A stretch of DNA of 64,000 bases from Clostridia bacterium (GTDB lineage Bacteria; Bacillota; Clostridia; TANB77; CAG-508): NCBI GenBank assembly GCA_022790975.1, contig JAAVYF010000026.1, positions 4,484 to 68,483 of the forward strand, written 5' to 3'. Under the pieces are notes generated by a model. That model was given only the letters and a program-made list of their open reading frames with translations. It did not search any database and was not told the origin of the DNA. Positions 43,433-53,150 of the stretch are shown here, in pieces. A program made the translations under genes and the position numbers. Position 1 is the stretch's first letter. Every line of letters begins with the position of its first letter.

Positions 43433-44440
43433 TTATTTCTGCTCTTTATCAATTTCATTTAAATTAATTCCATATTGTTGTAATGTTTCAAGAAGTATAT
43501 CTTTTTCATTATTAAGTTTTGTAATAAGATTATACATTGCATTAATTTCAATTTCTTTAGAATGACTTTTTTCTTTAAGATAGATATTTTCATTTTGCAT
43601 ATTTTTATAGTATTGTATAAAATTTTCATTTTTTGCAAGTTCAAGTTTTAAATTTTTAATTTCATTCATAAGTTTATTATTTTCATTTAATAGAGGCTTA
43701 AGTAAATTATTTTCAACAGATTCTGGAGTAAATTGTTCATAATTTAAAAATGATTTAATAGAAGTATATATAGAAGAATTTCTTTCATTATCGTTAAGCT
43801 TTTCTTTTACTTCATAAAAATTAGTTTCTTTCTTTAATTCTTCAACAGTTTTATGAGTTTTGTTAGGATTATTTTTTCCTCGTTCAAGATTAAAACCATT
43901 CATTCTAACACACTCATAAAATCTATCTTGTAATAGCATATAACTATTTCGTTCTTTCCAAAAATCATTTCCACCAATTTTTCTAATTGAATTTCCATAT
44001 TTATTTTTTGAATCAACAACAGGAATGAAAGTTATGTGCAAATGAGGTGTTTCTTCATCTAAATGTACAACAGCAGAAATTATATTTTCTTCTCCTAAAT
44101 TTTTATAATTACATACAAAATCATAAGAAGTTTTAAAATATCTTTTAGTTTCATCGAATCCAATTTCTTTAAAAAAACTATTATCAGAAGTAATAATCAT
44201 TTCGCAAGCATAAATACTATTTTTATGAAGTTGTCCTTTTAAATTGTTTTGCTCTTTTAGTCTTTTAAATTCTTTAAAGTAATTATTTTCTAATGGTTTC
44301 TTTAAATGGTAGTTATGATATGTTTTAGATATATCAATATTCTTATTTGAATAATTTTGCTTATATCTTTCATTATGAGGGCAAAGTTTTATCATTTGTT
44401 CTTTAGTATATTTTTGATTTCTAATAATGGCATAACTCAT
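43433..44440 (-). CDS. MobV (Mob/Pre) family relaxase
   Basis: MSYAIIR, HNER, NIDISKTYHNY, AVVHLDEETPHLH. Confidence 0.93.
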   Translation of the reverse strand: MSYAIIRNQKYTKEQMIKLCPHNERYKQNYSNKNIDISKTYHNYHLKKPLENNYFKEFKRLKEQNNLKGQLHKNSIYACEMIITSDNSFFKEIGFDETKRYFKTSYDFVCNYKNLGEENIISAVVHLDEETPHLHITFIPVVDSKNKYGNSIRKIGGNDFWKERNSYMLLQDRFYECVRMNGFNLERGKNNPNKTHKTVEELKKETNFYEVKEKLNDNERNSSIYTSIKSFLNYEQFTPESVENNLLKPLLNENNKLMNEIKNLKLELAKNENFIQYYKNMQNENIYLKEKSHSKEIEINAMYNLITKLNNEKDILLETLQQYGINLNEIDKEQK

Positions 44441-44616
44441 ATTTTATTACCTCCAATTATTTGATTTATTTTATTGATATAAGAAAACCTAGAATTATTT
44501 GTAATTCTAGGTTTAATATTGTAAGCATTAAGCTCATATTCTTTTAGACAAATTACTTGAAATTCATATACAGAATCAATTTGTTTTTTTAAATCTTTAA
44601 ATTGTACTTTATTCAT
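44437..44616 (-). CDS. 59-aa ORF translationally coupled to the relaxase
   Basis: AGAAAGGA RBS, MNKVQFKDLKKQIDSVYEFQ..., ATGA overlap with relaxase start. Confidence 0.45.
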   Translation of the reverse strand: MNKVQFKDLKKQIDSVYEFQVICLKEYELNAYNIKPRITNNSRFSYINKINQIIGGNKI

Positions 44617-44683
44617 TAAATTTTTTCCTTTCTAAAAATTGCGATGGAACTCACCCAAAAGCTATAAATTTATCTGCTTTTGG

Positions 44684-44731
44684 AAAAGTTCCATAACACA
44701 CTATGGAACTTTTAGAAAGTTCCTTGTGTGC
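44684..44731 (-). promoter_or_regulatory. MobV-type oriT; predicted nic between 44697 and 44696
   Basis: Minus strand GCACACAAGGAACTTTCTAAAAGTTCCATAGTGTG/TTATGGAACTTTT matches the pMV158-family TAGTGTG/TTA core with overlapping inverted repeats. Confidence 0.8.
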
Positions 44732-44911
44732 AAAAGGGAAAATCCCTTTTGAAACCCTAAATATGTGAGCAAACAATGTACTACGAAAATATAAATAAAT
44801 GTTGATATATTAAGGTTTTAATTATTTCAGCCCAGCCATAAAAAAACAGGGTTTTTAGAATATGTAAACCTTGATTTTTTTGTATTAATTAGACTAAGGA
44901 GAAAAAATATA

Positions 44912-45493
44912 ATTAATATAGGAATAGATATAGATGGAGTATTAATTGATGATAATACATATAGAATAGATACAATGACCAAATATTGTTATGAAAATAA
45001 GCGTGATAGTTTAGATAATCCATATGAATATGAAAATAAATGTAATTGGTCAAAAGATATTGAAGAAGATTATAGAAAAAAATATTATTTTGAATATATA
45101 AATAATGTGCCAGTTAAAAGATTTGCTTCAGAAGTAATAAAAAAATTGCATGATGAAGGAAATAAAATAATAATTATAATAGGAAGATATAAGACAAAAG
45201 AATATTCAGAACTTGGTCAACAAATAAGAAATAGTATGGTTAATTGGTTGAAAAATAATAATATAATTTATGATGAAATATGCTATGCTAGTTTTCCAAA
45301 ATCAAAAGAGATACAAGCAAAGAAAATAGATATAATGATAGATGATTGTCCATAAGTGTTAAAAGCAATTTCTAAGTATACAATTGCTTTTTGTTTTAAC
45401 AATATCTATAATATGAAGTTGGAATATGATAATATAATTAGAGTTTTTTAGTTGGTATGATATATATAGTAGAATTAATAATATAAAAAAATA
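44912..45493 (+). pseudogene. HAD-family 5'(3')-nucleotidase-like pseudogene
   Basis: NIGIDIDGVL and IMIDD motifs; ATT in place of start, in-frame TAA 45353-45355, extra T before SWYDIY. Confidence 0.7.
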
Positions 45494-45737
45494 ATATAGA
45501 AATAAAACAAACCTTTTATGAAATTTAACATAAGAGGTTTTGTTTTAATATTTGTTAGATAATTGAAGAAAGAAATTTTTATCTTTTTACAATTATCTAA
45601 CAATTTGGTAAAAAAATTCCGTTTTGAATACAACATTATTGCAATTATGTTAAAGTAATTGCAATAGGTATATTCATATTGTATAATACATATGAAAAAA
45701 ATTAGGTAAATGTAATTAGTTAATATTATAAGGGGAA

Positions 45738-46280
45738 ATGAGTATGAAATATTTAGTTGTTTCAGATTTACATGGTTCAAGTTATTATGCTAATAAATTG
45801 AAAGATATATATAATAAAGAAAATCCAGATAATATAATTTTATTAGGAGATTTATATTATCATGGTCCTAGAAATCCATTAACAAAAGAATATAATCCAA
45901 TGGAAGTTTCTGATATATTAAATAGTTTTAAAGATATAATTTTATGTACTAGAGGGAATTGTGATGCAGATGTAGATGAAATGATTTCTGAATTTAAATT
46001 TGAAGATTATATAAGAATATCAATTTCTAATAATAATTTTTTCTTTACACATGGTCATAAATATAATATTGATAATATTCCAGAAAATACAGATGTTTTA
46101 GTTTATGGACATTTTCATACTGGTTTTATAAAAAGGCAAAATGGTGTATTATGTATAAATTCTGGTTCAATAGCTTTACCAAAAGATAATACAAAAAATA
46201 GTTATTTGATTATTGATGAAAAAGAAATTGTTTTAAAAGATGTTGATGGTAATAAAATAGATAATATATTATACAAATAA
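45738..46280 (+). CDS. YfcE-family metallophosphodiesterase
   Basis: SDLHGS, GDLYYHGPRN, RGNCD, THGH, GHFH, NSGS. Confidence 0.92.
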   Translation: MSMKYLVVSDLHGSSYYANKLKDIYNKENPDNIILLGDLYYHGPRNPLTKEYNPMEVSDILNSFKDIILCTRGNCDADVDEMISEFKFEDYIRISISNNNFFFTHGHKYNIDNIPENTDVLVYGHFHTGFIKRQNGVLCINSGSIALPKDNTKNSYLIIDEKEIVLKDVDGNKIDNILYK

Positions 46281-46465
46281 ATATTATGTTGATTTTGCAA
46301 AAACTGTAAATATAGTAAAAATAAAGCATTCAAGCGGATAATCACTTTATATAAAAATACAAAAAATAAAAAAAATCTGTAAATGCTTGAAAAGTAGGAT
46401 ATAACATGGTATAATGTTAAATGACATAATTCTGGGGAACATAAATATCTTTATAAGAAAGGAGA

Positions 46466-47734
46466 TTGAAAGTAATGGAAAACGATCAAATAGTGATTCC
46501 ATTTGACGTACAAGCTTTACATACTAATTTAATAGAACGTGTATTTCAAAAAATAAAATTCTTTATAAAAGTAATAATAAAAAGAATTTTAGAAATAATA
46601 TTTTCAATCTTAGGAATTGTTTTCTTAATACCACTAACAATTGCAGTGGCACTTAGAAAATTTATAAATAAAGATAAAAGTAAAATCTTTAGAGTTCAAA
46701 ATAAAATAGGAAAAAATGGAAAAATATTTAAAATGTATACTTTCAATTATGAAAGTGATAAAAAATTTTTAAAAAAATCTGGATTATATATATTACCACA
46801 AATAGTAAATATATTAAAAGGCGATATGACTTTTGTAGGACCAAAAGCTTATAGTGAAAAGCAAAAAGAAGATATGGGAGAATATTATTCTTATATTATT
46901 CAACATAAGCCAGGAATTACAGGTATTCCTCAAATTTCTAAATATGCTAAAGATAATTTCTTAGATAGATTAGATATGGACTTAAGATATCATTATAGAA
47001 GAAATTTTAGTTTAGATTTAAAAATTATTTTAATAACTTTACTTATAACACTAAGAGCTAAGAAAACATATAATATTGGTTCACAAATAAATAAAAGTAT
47101 TAAAGATATAAAAATTTTAATAGAATCTTTAATAAAAAGAATATTAGATATAGTAGCTGGAATAGTTGGAATTATAATTTTAATTCCTATTACAATTATT
47201 ATAAAATTAGTTTATATTTTTACAAAAGAGAAAGGTTCTGTTTTTTATGTGCAAGATAGAATTGGAAAAGATGGAAAGGTTTTCAAACTTTATAAATATA
47301 GATCAATGGTAGAAAATGCTGATGAAAAATTAAAAGAGCTTTTACAAAATGATGAAAAAGCTAGAGAAGAATATAGATTAAATAAAAAATTAAAGAATGA
47401 TCCAAGACTAACAAAAATAGGTGCTTTTTTAAGAAAGACAAGCATAGATGAATTACCACAATTAATAAATGTATTTAAAGGCAATATGAGTTTAGTAGGA
47501 CCAAGACCATATTTACCTAGAGAAAAAGAAGATATGGGAGAACATTACAGATACATAATAAATTCAAAACCTGGTCTTACAGGTTTATGGCAAATTAGTG
47601 GAAGAAGTAATACAACATTTGAAAGAAGAATGCAATTTGACAGACAGTATAATATAAATAAATCTTTAAAAACAGATGTGAAAATACTTTGTAAAACAGT
47701 AGGTGTTGTTTTTAAAGGAGTAGGAGCTGCATAA
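46466..47734 (+). CDS. Priming sugar transferase with two tandem phosphoglycosyltransferase domains
   Basis: KRILE..LPQIVNILKGDMTFVGP..KPGITG and KRILD..DELPQLINVFKGNMSLVGPRP..KPGLTGLWQ. Confidence 0.85.
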   Translation: MKVMENDQIVIPFDVQALHTNLIERVFQKIKFFIKVIIKRILEIIFSILGIVFLIPLTIAVALRKFINKDKSKIFRVQNKIGKNGKIFKMYTFNYESDKKFLKKSGLYILPQIVNILKGDMTFVGPKAYSEKQKEDMGEYYSYIIQHKPGITGIPQISKYAKDNFLDRLDMDLRYHYRRNFSLDLKIILITLLITLRAKKTYNIGSQINKSIKDIKILIESLIKRILDIVAGIVGIIILIPITIIIKLVYIFTKEKGSVFYVQDRIGKDGKVFKLYKYRSMVENADEKLKELLQNDEKAREEYRLNKKLKNDPRLTKIGAFLRKTSIDELPQLINVFKGNMSLVGPRPYLPREKEDMGEHYRYIINSKPGLTGLWQISGRSNTTFERRMQFDRQYNINKSLKTDVKILCKTVGVVFKGVGAA

Positions 47735-47745
47735 AAGGAGTATAA

Positions 47746-48903
47746 ATGAAAAATATTTTTATTATTGGATGCAAAGGTATACCCTCAAATTATGGAGGGT
47801 ATGAAACTTTTGTTGAAAATTTAACTTTTTATGAAAAAAGCAATGATAATATAAAATATCATGTAGCTTGTATAGGAAATTACGAAAGAGAATATGAGCA
47901 CAATGGTGCGAGATGTTTTAATGTAAAAATACCAAATATCGGTCCAGCTAAAGCTATAGTTTATGATTTAAGAGCAATAAAAAAATCAATCGAATATATA
48001 ATAGAAAATAAGATTGAAGATGCAATTATTTATATACTAGCGTGTAGAATTGGACCTTTTTTGCATCATTATAAAAAAATAATGAAAAAATATGGAATTT
48101 TATTATATGTAAATCCAGATGGACATGAGTGGTTGAGAGCTAAATGGAGTAAACCGGTAAAGAAATATTGGAAATTTTCAGAACGATTGATGATAAAAGA
48201 ATCTGATTTAGTAATTTGTGATTCCAAAAATATTGAAAAGTATATTTTAAAAAGTTATTCAAAATATAATCCAAAAACTGTATTTATCGCATATGGAGCA
48301 GATTTAGAAAAAAGTAAATTGTCAAATGATTCAAAAGAATTAAATGAGTGGTACAATGAAAAAAATGTAAAAAGTGGTAATTATTATTTAGTTGTTGGAA
48401 GGTTTGTACCTGAAAACAATTATAAAACTATGATTTCTGAATTTATGAAATCTAATACTAAAAAAGATTTAGTTTTGATTACTAATGTTGAAAAAAATAA
48501 ATTTTATGAACAATTAAGGCTGGAAACTGGATTTGAAAAAGATTCAAGAATAAAATTTGTTGGAACAGTTTATGAAAAGGAATTAATAAAAAAAATAAGA
48601 GAAAATGCTTATGCATATTTGCATGGACATGCTGTTGGAGGAACAAATCCATCTTTAATAGAAGCTTTAGCTACTACTGATTTAAATTTACTTTATGATG
48701 TTGGTTTTAATAAAGAGGTTGCTGAAAATGGAGCTTTATATTGGTCTTTAGATAATATGAATTTAGCAAATTTAATTAACGAATGTGATAAATTGAAAGA
48801 TAATAAAATAAAAGAATTGGGAGAAATTGCGAAAAATCGTGTTATACAGGAATATACTTGGAGTAAAATTGTTGGAGATTATAAGAAATTGTTTTTAGGT
48901 TAG
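47746..48903 (+). CDS. GT4 rhamnosyltransferase-like (WchF/Cps2T, DUF1972)
   Basis: GIPSNYGGYETFVE, NPDGHEW, GRFVPENN, HGHAVGGTNPSL. Confidence 0.85.
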   Translation: MKNIFIIGCKGIPSNYGGYETFVENLTFYEKSNDNIKYHVACIGNYEREYEHNGARCFNVKIPNIGPAKAIVYDLRAIKKSIEYIIENKIEDAIIYILACRIGPFLHHYKKIMKKYGILLYVNPDGHEWLRAKWSKPVKKYWKFSERLMIKESDLVICDSKNIEKYILKSYSKYNPKTVFIAYGADLEKSKLSNDSKELNEWYNEKNVKSGNYYLVVGRFVPENNYKTMISEFMKSNTKKDLVLITNVEKNKFYEQLRLETGFEKDSRIKFVGTVYEKELIKKIRENAYAYLHGHAVGGTNPSLIEALATTDLNLLYDVGFNKEVAENGALYWSLDNMNLANLINECDKLKDNKIKELGEIAKNRVIQEYTWSKIVGDYKKLFLG

Positions 48904-49743
48904 GTGAAAAAATTAATGGAAAATATTGATTTATTACATGAAGTTGATATTAATATTGTTAATGAAGTTATTAATATATGTGATAAGTATAGTTTAAAGT
49001 ATTATATGCTAGGAGGAACTATGCTAGGAGCAATTAGACATAAAGGTTTTATTCCATGGGATGATGATATTGATTTAGGAATGCCTAGAAAAGATTATGA
49101 AAAATTCCTTGAGGTTGCTCCAAATGAGTTATCTCAAAATTTAAAATTAGTAAATTATAAAACAGATACTAAATATCAATATTATATTACAAGAATATTA
49201 GATATAGAAACGAAAGTTGAAGAAGAAAGAATTGGAAATGATAGTAAATATACAAATGCATCAATTGATATATTTCCAATTGATGGAACTCCAAATAATT
49301 TTATATTAAGAAAAATATATTTTTTTAGAGTTTTATATCATAGAGCTTTAATGTCTTTATGTTACAAAGATTCTATTGATAGAAAAAGAAAAAGAAGCTT
49401 TATAGAGAAAATATTTTTATATATTATGGAACATTTTCCTATTGAAAAAATGACTACACCATATAAGCAAAAAGAAAAAATAGATAAATTATTAAGAAGC
49501 CAAGATGTTAATAAATCTAAGTTTATAGGAAATATTATGGGAGCATATCGTACTAAGGAAATTGTTCCTAGAGAATATTTCGGAGATGGAAAATTTTATA
49601 AATTTGAGAATATAAAATTAAGAGGTCTTGATATGTATGACGAATATTTAAAATATACCTATGGTGATTATATGAAATTACCACCAGAAGATAAAAGAAA
49701 AACTCATTTTAAAATTATAGAAATACATGGAAAAAGAGTTTAA
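48904..49743 (+). CDS. LicD-family phosphotransferase
   Basis: GGTMLGAIRHKGFIPWDDDIDLGMPR. Confidence 0.92.
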   Translation: MKKLMENIDLLHEVDINIVNEVINICDKYSLKYYMLGGTMLGAIRHKGFIPWDDDIDLGMPRKDYEKFLEVAPNELSQNLKLVNYKTDTKYQYYITRILDIETKVEEERIGNDSKYTNASIDIFPIDGTPNNFILRKIYFFRVLYHRALMSLCYKDSIDRKRKRSFIEKIFLYIMEHFPIEKMTTPYKQKEKIDKLLRSQDVNKSKFIGNIMGAYRTKEIVPREYFGDGKFYKFENIKLRGLDMYDEYLKYTYGDYMKLPPEDKRKTHFKIIEIHGKRV

Positions 49744-49775
49744 ATGTATTAATATCTTAAGAAAGGATTATATAT

Positions 49776-51122
49776 ATGGTAAAAGTAATAACATATGGTA
49801 CATTTGATTTATTTCATGAAGGACATTATAATATTTTAAAAAGAGCCAGAGAACAAGGAGATTATTTAATAGTTGGAGTTACTTCTGAAAATTATGACAA
49901 GACAAGAGGAAAACTAAATGTTAAACAATCACTTATTGAAAGAATTGAAAATGTAAAGAAATCTGGTTTTGCTGATGAAATAATTGTAGAAGAATATTTA
50001 GGTCAGAAAATTGAAGATATAAAAAAATATAATGTTGATAAATTTGTTATAGGTTCTGACTGGCTAGGAAAATTTGATTATTTAAATGAATACTGTAAAG
50101 TTATATATTTAGAAAGAACAAAAGGAGTTTCAAGTACTCAATTAAGAAATGCAGAAAAGGGAATAATAAAACTAGGATTTATTGGCTCAGGAAGAATTGC
50201 AGAAAGAATGTGTAGAGAGTCAAAATATGTTAGTGGAATAAATTTTGATTATGTATATGGAAGAAACGAAGAAAAAATAAAAGATTTTGCAGAAAAGAAT
50301 GATTTAAAATATTATAGTACAAATTTAGATGAATTTTTTGAGAAAGTAGATGCTGTTTATATAGCCACTCCACATCTAACTCATTATGAATTTGCAAAAA
50401 AAGCTTTAGAAAAAAAGAAACATGTTTTATGTGAGAAACCTATTACTTTAGAAAAAGAGAAAACTGAAGAATTATATAAAATTGCTAAAGAAAGTGGTGT
50501 GGTTTTGTATGAAGCAATAAAAACAGCTTATTCACCTGCATTTATAAGAATGATTGCATTAGCTAAAAGTGGTGTAATAGGAGATATAAAAGATGTAGAT
50601 GCAACATTTACAAAATTAATGACAGATTATTCTTTAAGAGAATTTGATAAAATGCAAGGAGGAGGTAGTGTAACTGAATTAGCTACATATCCATTAATTG
50701 CAATTGTGAAATTATTAGGGATTAAATATAAAGATATTGATTTTTACTCATATTATGGAGATAAAGATGTAGATTTATATACTAAAATTATTTTAAAATA
50801 TGACAATGCTATAGCAACAGCACAGGTTGGATTAGGAGTAAAAAAAGAAGGAGAACTAATAATTTCTGGTACAAAAGGATATATAATAGTTCCTGCTCCT
50901 TGGTGGAAGACAGAGTATTTTGAAATAAGATTTGAAAATACAAATCAGACAGAAAAGTATTTTTATAAGTTTGATGGAGATGGATTAAGATATGAGCTTG
51001 CTGAATTTTTAAGAAGTATTTTAAATAATACTGAAAATATTTATATAAAAAATGAAGAAAGTATTGTGATAAGTGAAGTAATAAATAAATTTTTAAATAA
51101 AAGATATGATGAAATTTGTTAG
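49776..51122 (+). CDS. Cytidylyltransferase (TagD-like) fused to Gfo/Idh/MocA oxidoreductase
   Basis: YGTFDLFHEGH, RTKGVSST; GSGRIA, HVLCEKP. Confidence 0.88.
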   Translation: MVKVITYGTFDLFHEGHYNILKRAREQGDYLIVGVTSENYDKTRGKLNVKQSLIERIENVKKSGFADEIIVEEYLGQKIEDIKKYNVDKFVIGSDWLGKFDYLNEYCKVIYLERTKGVSSTQLRNAEKGIIKLGFIGSGRIAERMCRESKYVSGINFDYVYGRNEEKIKDFAEKNDLKYYSTNLDEFFEKVDAVYIATPHLTHYEFAKKALEKKKHVLCEKPITLEKEKTEELYKIAKESGVVLYEAIKTAYSPAFIRMIALAKSGVIGDIKDVDATFTKLMTDYSLREFDKMQGGGSVTELATYPLIAIVKLLGIKYKDIDFYSYYGDKDVDLYTKIILKYDNAIATAQVGLGVKKEGELIISGTKGYIIVPAPWWKTEYFEIRFENTNQTEKYFYKFDGDGLRYELAEFLRSILNNTENIYIKNEESIVISEVINKFLNKRYDEIC

Positions 51123-51134
51123 GAATGAAAAATA

Positions 51135-52079
51135 ATGGGAAAACTAAAATCAATATTTCAAAAACAAGGTGGATGGAAATTAGTAAAACAATATTGGCAA
51201 AGTGGCTCTCTTTTTACTGCAATAGGAGAAATTTTATTGCTTGGGAAAAGTAGAACAGCATTAGAAATATTACGTTTATCCACTCATTTGAAAATTAAAC
51301 AAAAATTAGAGAAGAAGTATTTAAAAAAATTAAAAATTTTTGAAAGTACATATAATTCAAATGTAAATCATAAATTAAGTAATAAAGTTTGGGTATGTTG
51401 GTTTCAAGGAATTGAGAATGCCCCAGAAGTTGTTAAAGTTTGTTATAAATCATTAAAAGATAATTTAGTTGGAAAAGAAATAATATTAATTACAGAAAAA
51501 AATATGTTAGATTATGTTACATTTCCAGACTTTATTTTAGAGAAATGGAATAGAGGTAAAATAACGAAAACTCATATGACAGATTTATTAAGACTTGAAT
51601 TATTAATAAAATATGGAGGTTTATGGATTGATTCAACAGTTTTATGTACTAGTAATGAAATTCCTGAGTATATTTTTGATTCAGATTTATTTTTTTATCA
51701 ATGTTTAAAACCTGGGAGAGATGGTCATAGTCACGTTAATTCAAGTTGGCTTATTAGTGCTAAAACTAATAATAAAATATTGATGGCTACAAAATATTTG
51801 TGTTATGAATATTGGAAAAAAAATAATAGTCTTATGGATTATTTTTTATTACATGACTTTCTTTCAATTGTTTTAGATTTTTATCCAGATGATTGGAACA
51901 AAATTATTCCATGTAGTAATTCAACACCACATATTTTAGCATTAAGATTATTTGATGAATATGATGAAAATGTATGGAATGCTATAAAGAAAATGACATG
52001 TTTTCATAAACTAACATATAAATTTGATAAAGAAAAATTAAAAATTAATAATACATATTATAAAAATATAATATGTTAA
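51135..52079 (+). CDS. Capsular polysaccharide synthesis protein (DXD glycosyltransferase)
   Basis: WVCWFQG, DLLRLELLIKYGGLWIDST. Confidence 0.85.
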   Translation: MGKLKSIFQKQGGWKLVKQYWQSGSLFTAIGEILLLGKSRTALEILRLSTHLKIKQKLEKKYLKKLKIFESTYNSNVNHKLSNKVWVCWFQGIENAPEVVKVCYKSLKDNLVGKEIILITEKNMLDYVTFPDFILEKWNRGKITKTHMTDLLRLELLIKYGGLWIDSTVLCTSNEIPEYIFDSDLFFYQCLKPGRDGHSHVNSSWLISAKTNNKILMATKYLCYEYWKKNNSLMDYFLLHDFLSIVLDFYPDDWNKIIPCSNSTPHILALRLFDEYDENVWNAIKKMTCFHKLTYKFDKEKLKINNTYYKNIIC

Positions 52080-53095
52080 TTGAGGTAAAAATGGATTTAT
52101 CTGTAATTGTACCAGTATATAATACAGAAATTAATATTTTAAAGAAATGTTTAAATTCTATATTAGAAATACAAAAAATGCAATATGAGGTTTTAGTAAT
52201 AGATGATGGTTCTAATAAAGAGTTTTCAAAAGAATATGTGAGTTTCATAAATAATTTTAATAATGTAAAGTATATTTATAAAAATAATGGTGGAGTTAGT
52301 TCTGCTAGAAATTTAGGATTAAAAGAGGCTCATGGAAAATATATAATGTTTGTAGACTCTGATGATATTCTATATTCAAAAGAATTACATTTTGAAGACA
52401 TAAAAACTAATGCAGAAATAATTTTTTATAATAGATTTATTGTAAAAGGAGGAAAATTTTTTGAAAGTAAAGAGATAGATAGAATATCTGGTAAAGTTGA
52501 TGCAATATATATTTTAGAAGAATTTATAAAAAGCAATAAATTTCATAATCCTTTTTGTAAAATTATAAGTAAATCATTTTTAGAAAAATGGAAGATTGAA
52601 TTTGATACTAATATTATTCAAGGAGAAGATGCAATATTTAATCTAGAAATGCTATTGCATATGCCTCAAATGTATTATGTAGATAGATTTTTGTATGGTT
52701 ACCAGTATAATTATGAAACCTATAATAATAGATGGATTAAATTTCCAAATCAAATGTTTGATAATTTTTGGTATTTATATTCTAGAAAGCTTAAAACTAT
52801 TGACGATATTAATTTTAATGATAAAGAAAAATTAAGGAAAACAATTAATATACATTATCTAAAAAGAATATTTAGTGTTTGTTTAGATATTAGCAAAGAA
52901 AAAGATAAAAATTTAAATCTTTTATTAAAAATTTCAGAGTATATAAATAAAATAGAAATTGAAAAGAAAGATTTAAAAATATTATTAAAACTCAAAATTT
53001 ATTTAATAATAAATAAAAAATGGAATATTATATGCTTAATTTCAAAAGTAAGAAATTTTTATCTTAAATATTTAAAAAGAGATTATGATTTTTAA
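52073..53095 (+). CDS. GT2 glycosyltransferase
   Basis: SVIVPVYN, IDDGS, NGGVSSARN, FVDSDD. Confidence 0.9.
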   Translation: MLIEVKMDLSVIVPVYNTEINILKKCLNSILEIQKMQYEVLVIDDGSNKEFSKEYVSFINNFNNVKYIYKNNGGVSSARNLGLKEAHGKYIMFVDSDDILYSKELHFEDIKTNAEIIFYNRFIVKGGKFFESKEIDRISGKVDAIYILEEFIKSNKFHNPFCKIISKSFLEKWKIEFDTNIIQGEDAIFNLEMLLHMPQMYYVDRFLYGYQYNYETYNNRWIKFPNQMFDNFWYLYSRKLKTIDDINFNDKEKLRKTINIHYLKRIFSVCLDISKEKDKNLNLLLKISEYINKIEIEKKDLKILLKLKIYLIINKKWNIICLISKVRNFYLKYLKRDYDF

Positions 53096-53150
53096 TTAAG
53101 TATATTATTAAAATATATTCAAATGAAAAAAATGATGTAGGAGAAGTGAT

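Larger units (their letters stand above)
33294..44838. mobile_element. Integrative mobilizable element (~11.5 kb) in the 3' end of tRNA-Gln
   Basis: Direct repeat CAGCCCAGCCA at 33294-33304 and 44828-44838; integrase and xis-like gene at one end, MobV relaxase and oriT at the other. Confidence 0.88.

Noticed and set aside
33294-44838. Prophage or self-transmissible ICE
   Set aside because: No capsid, terminase, tail, VirB4 or coupling-protein genes.
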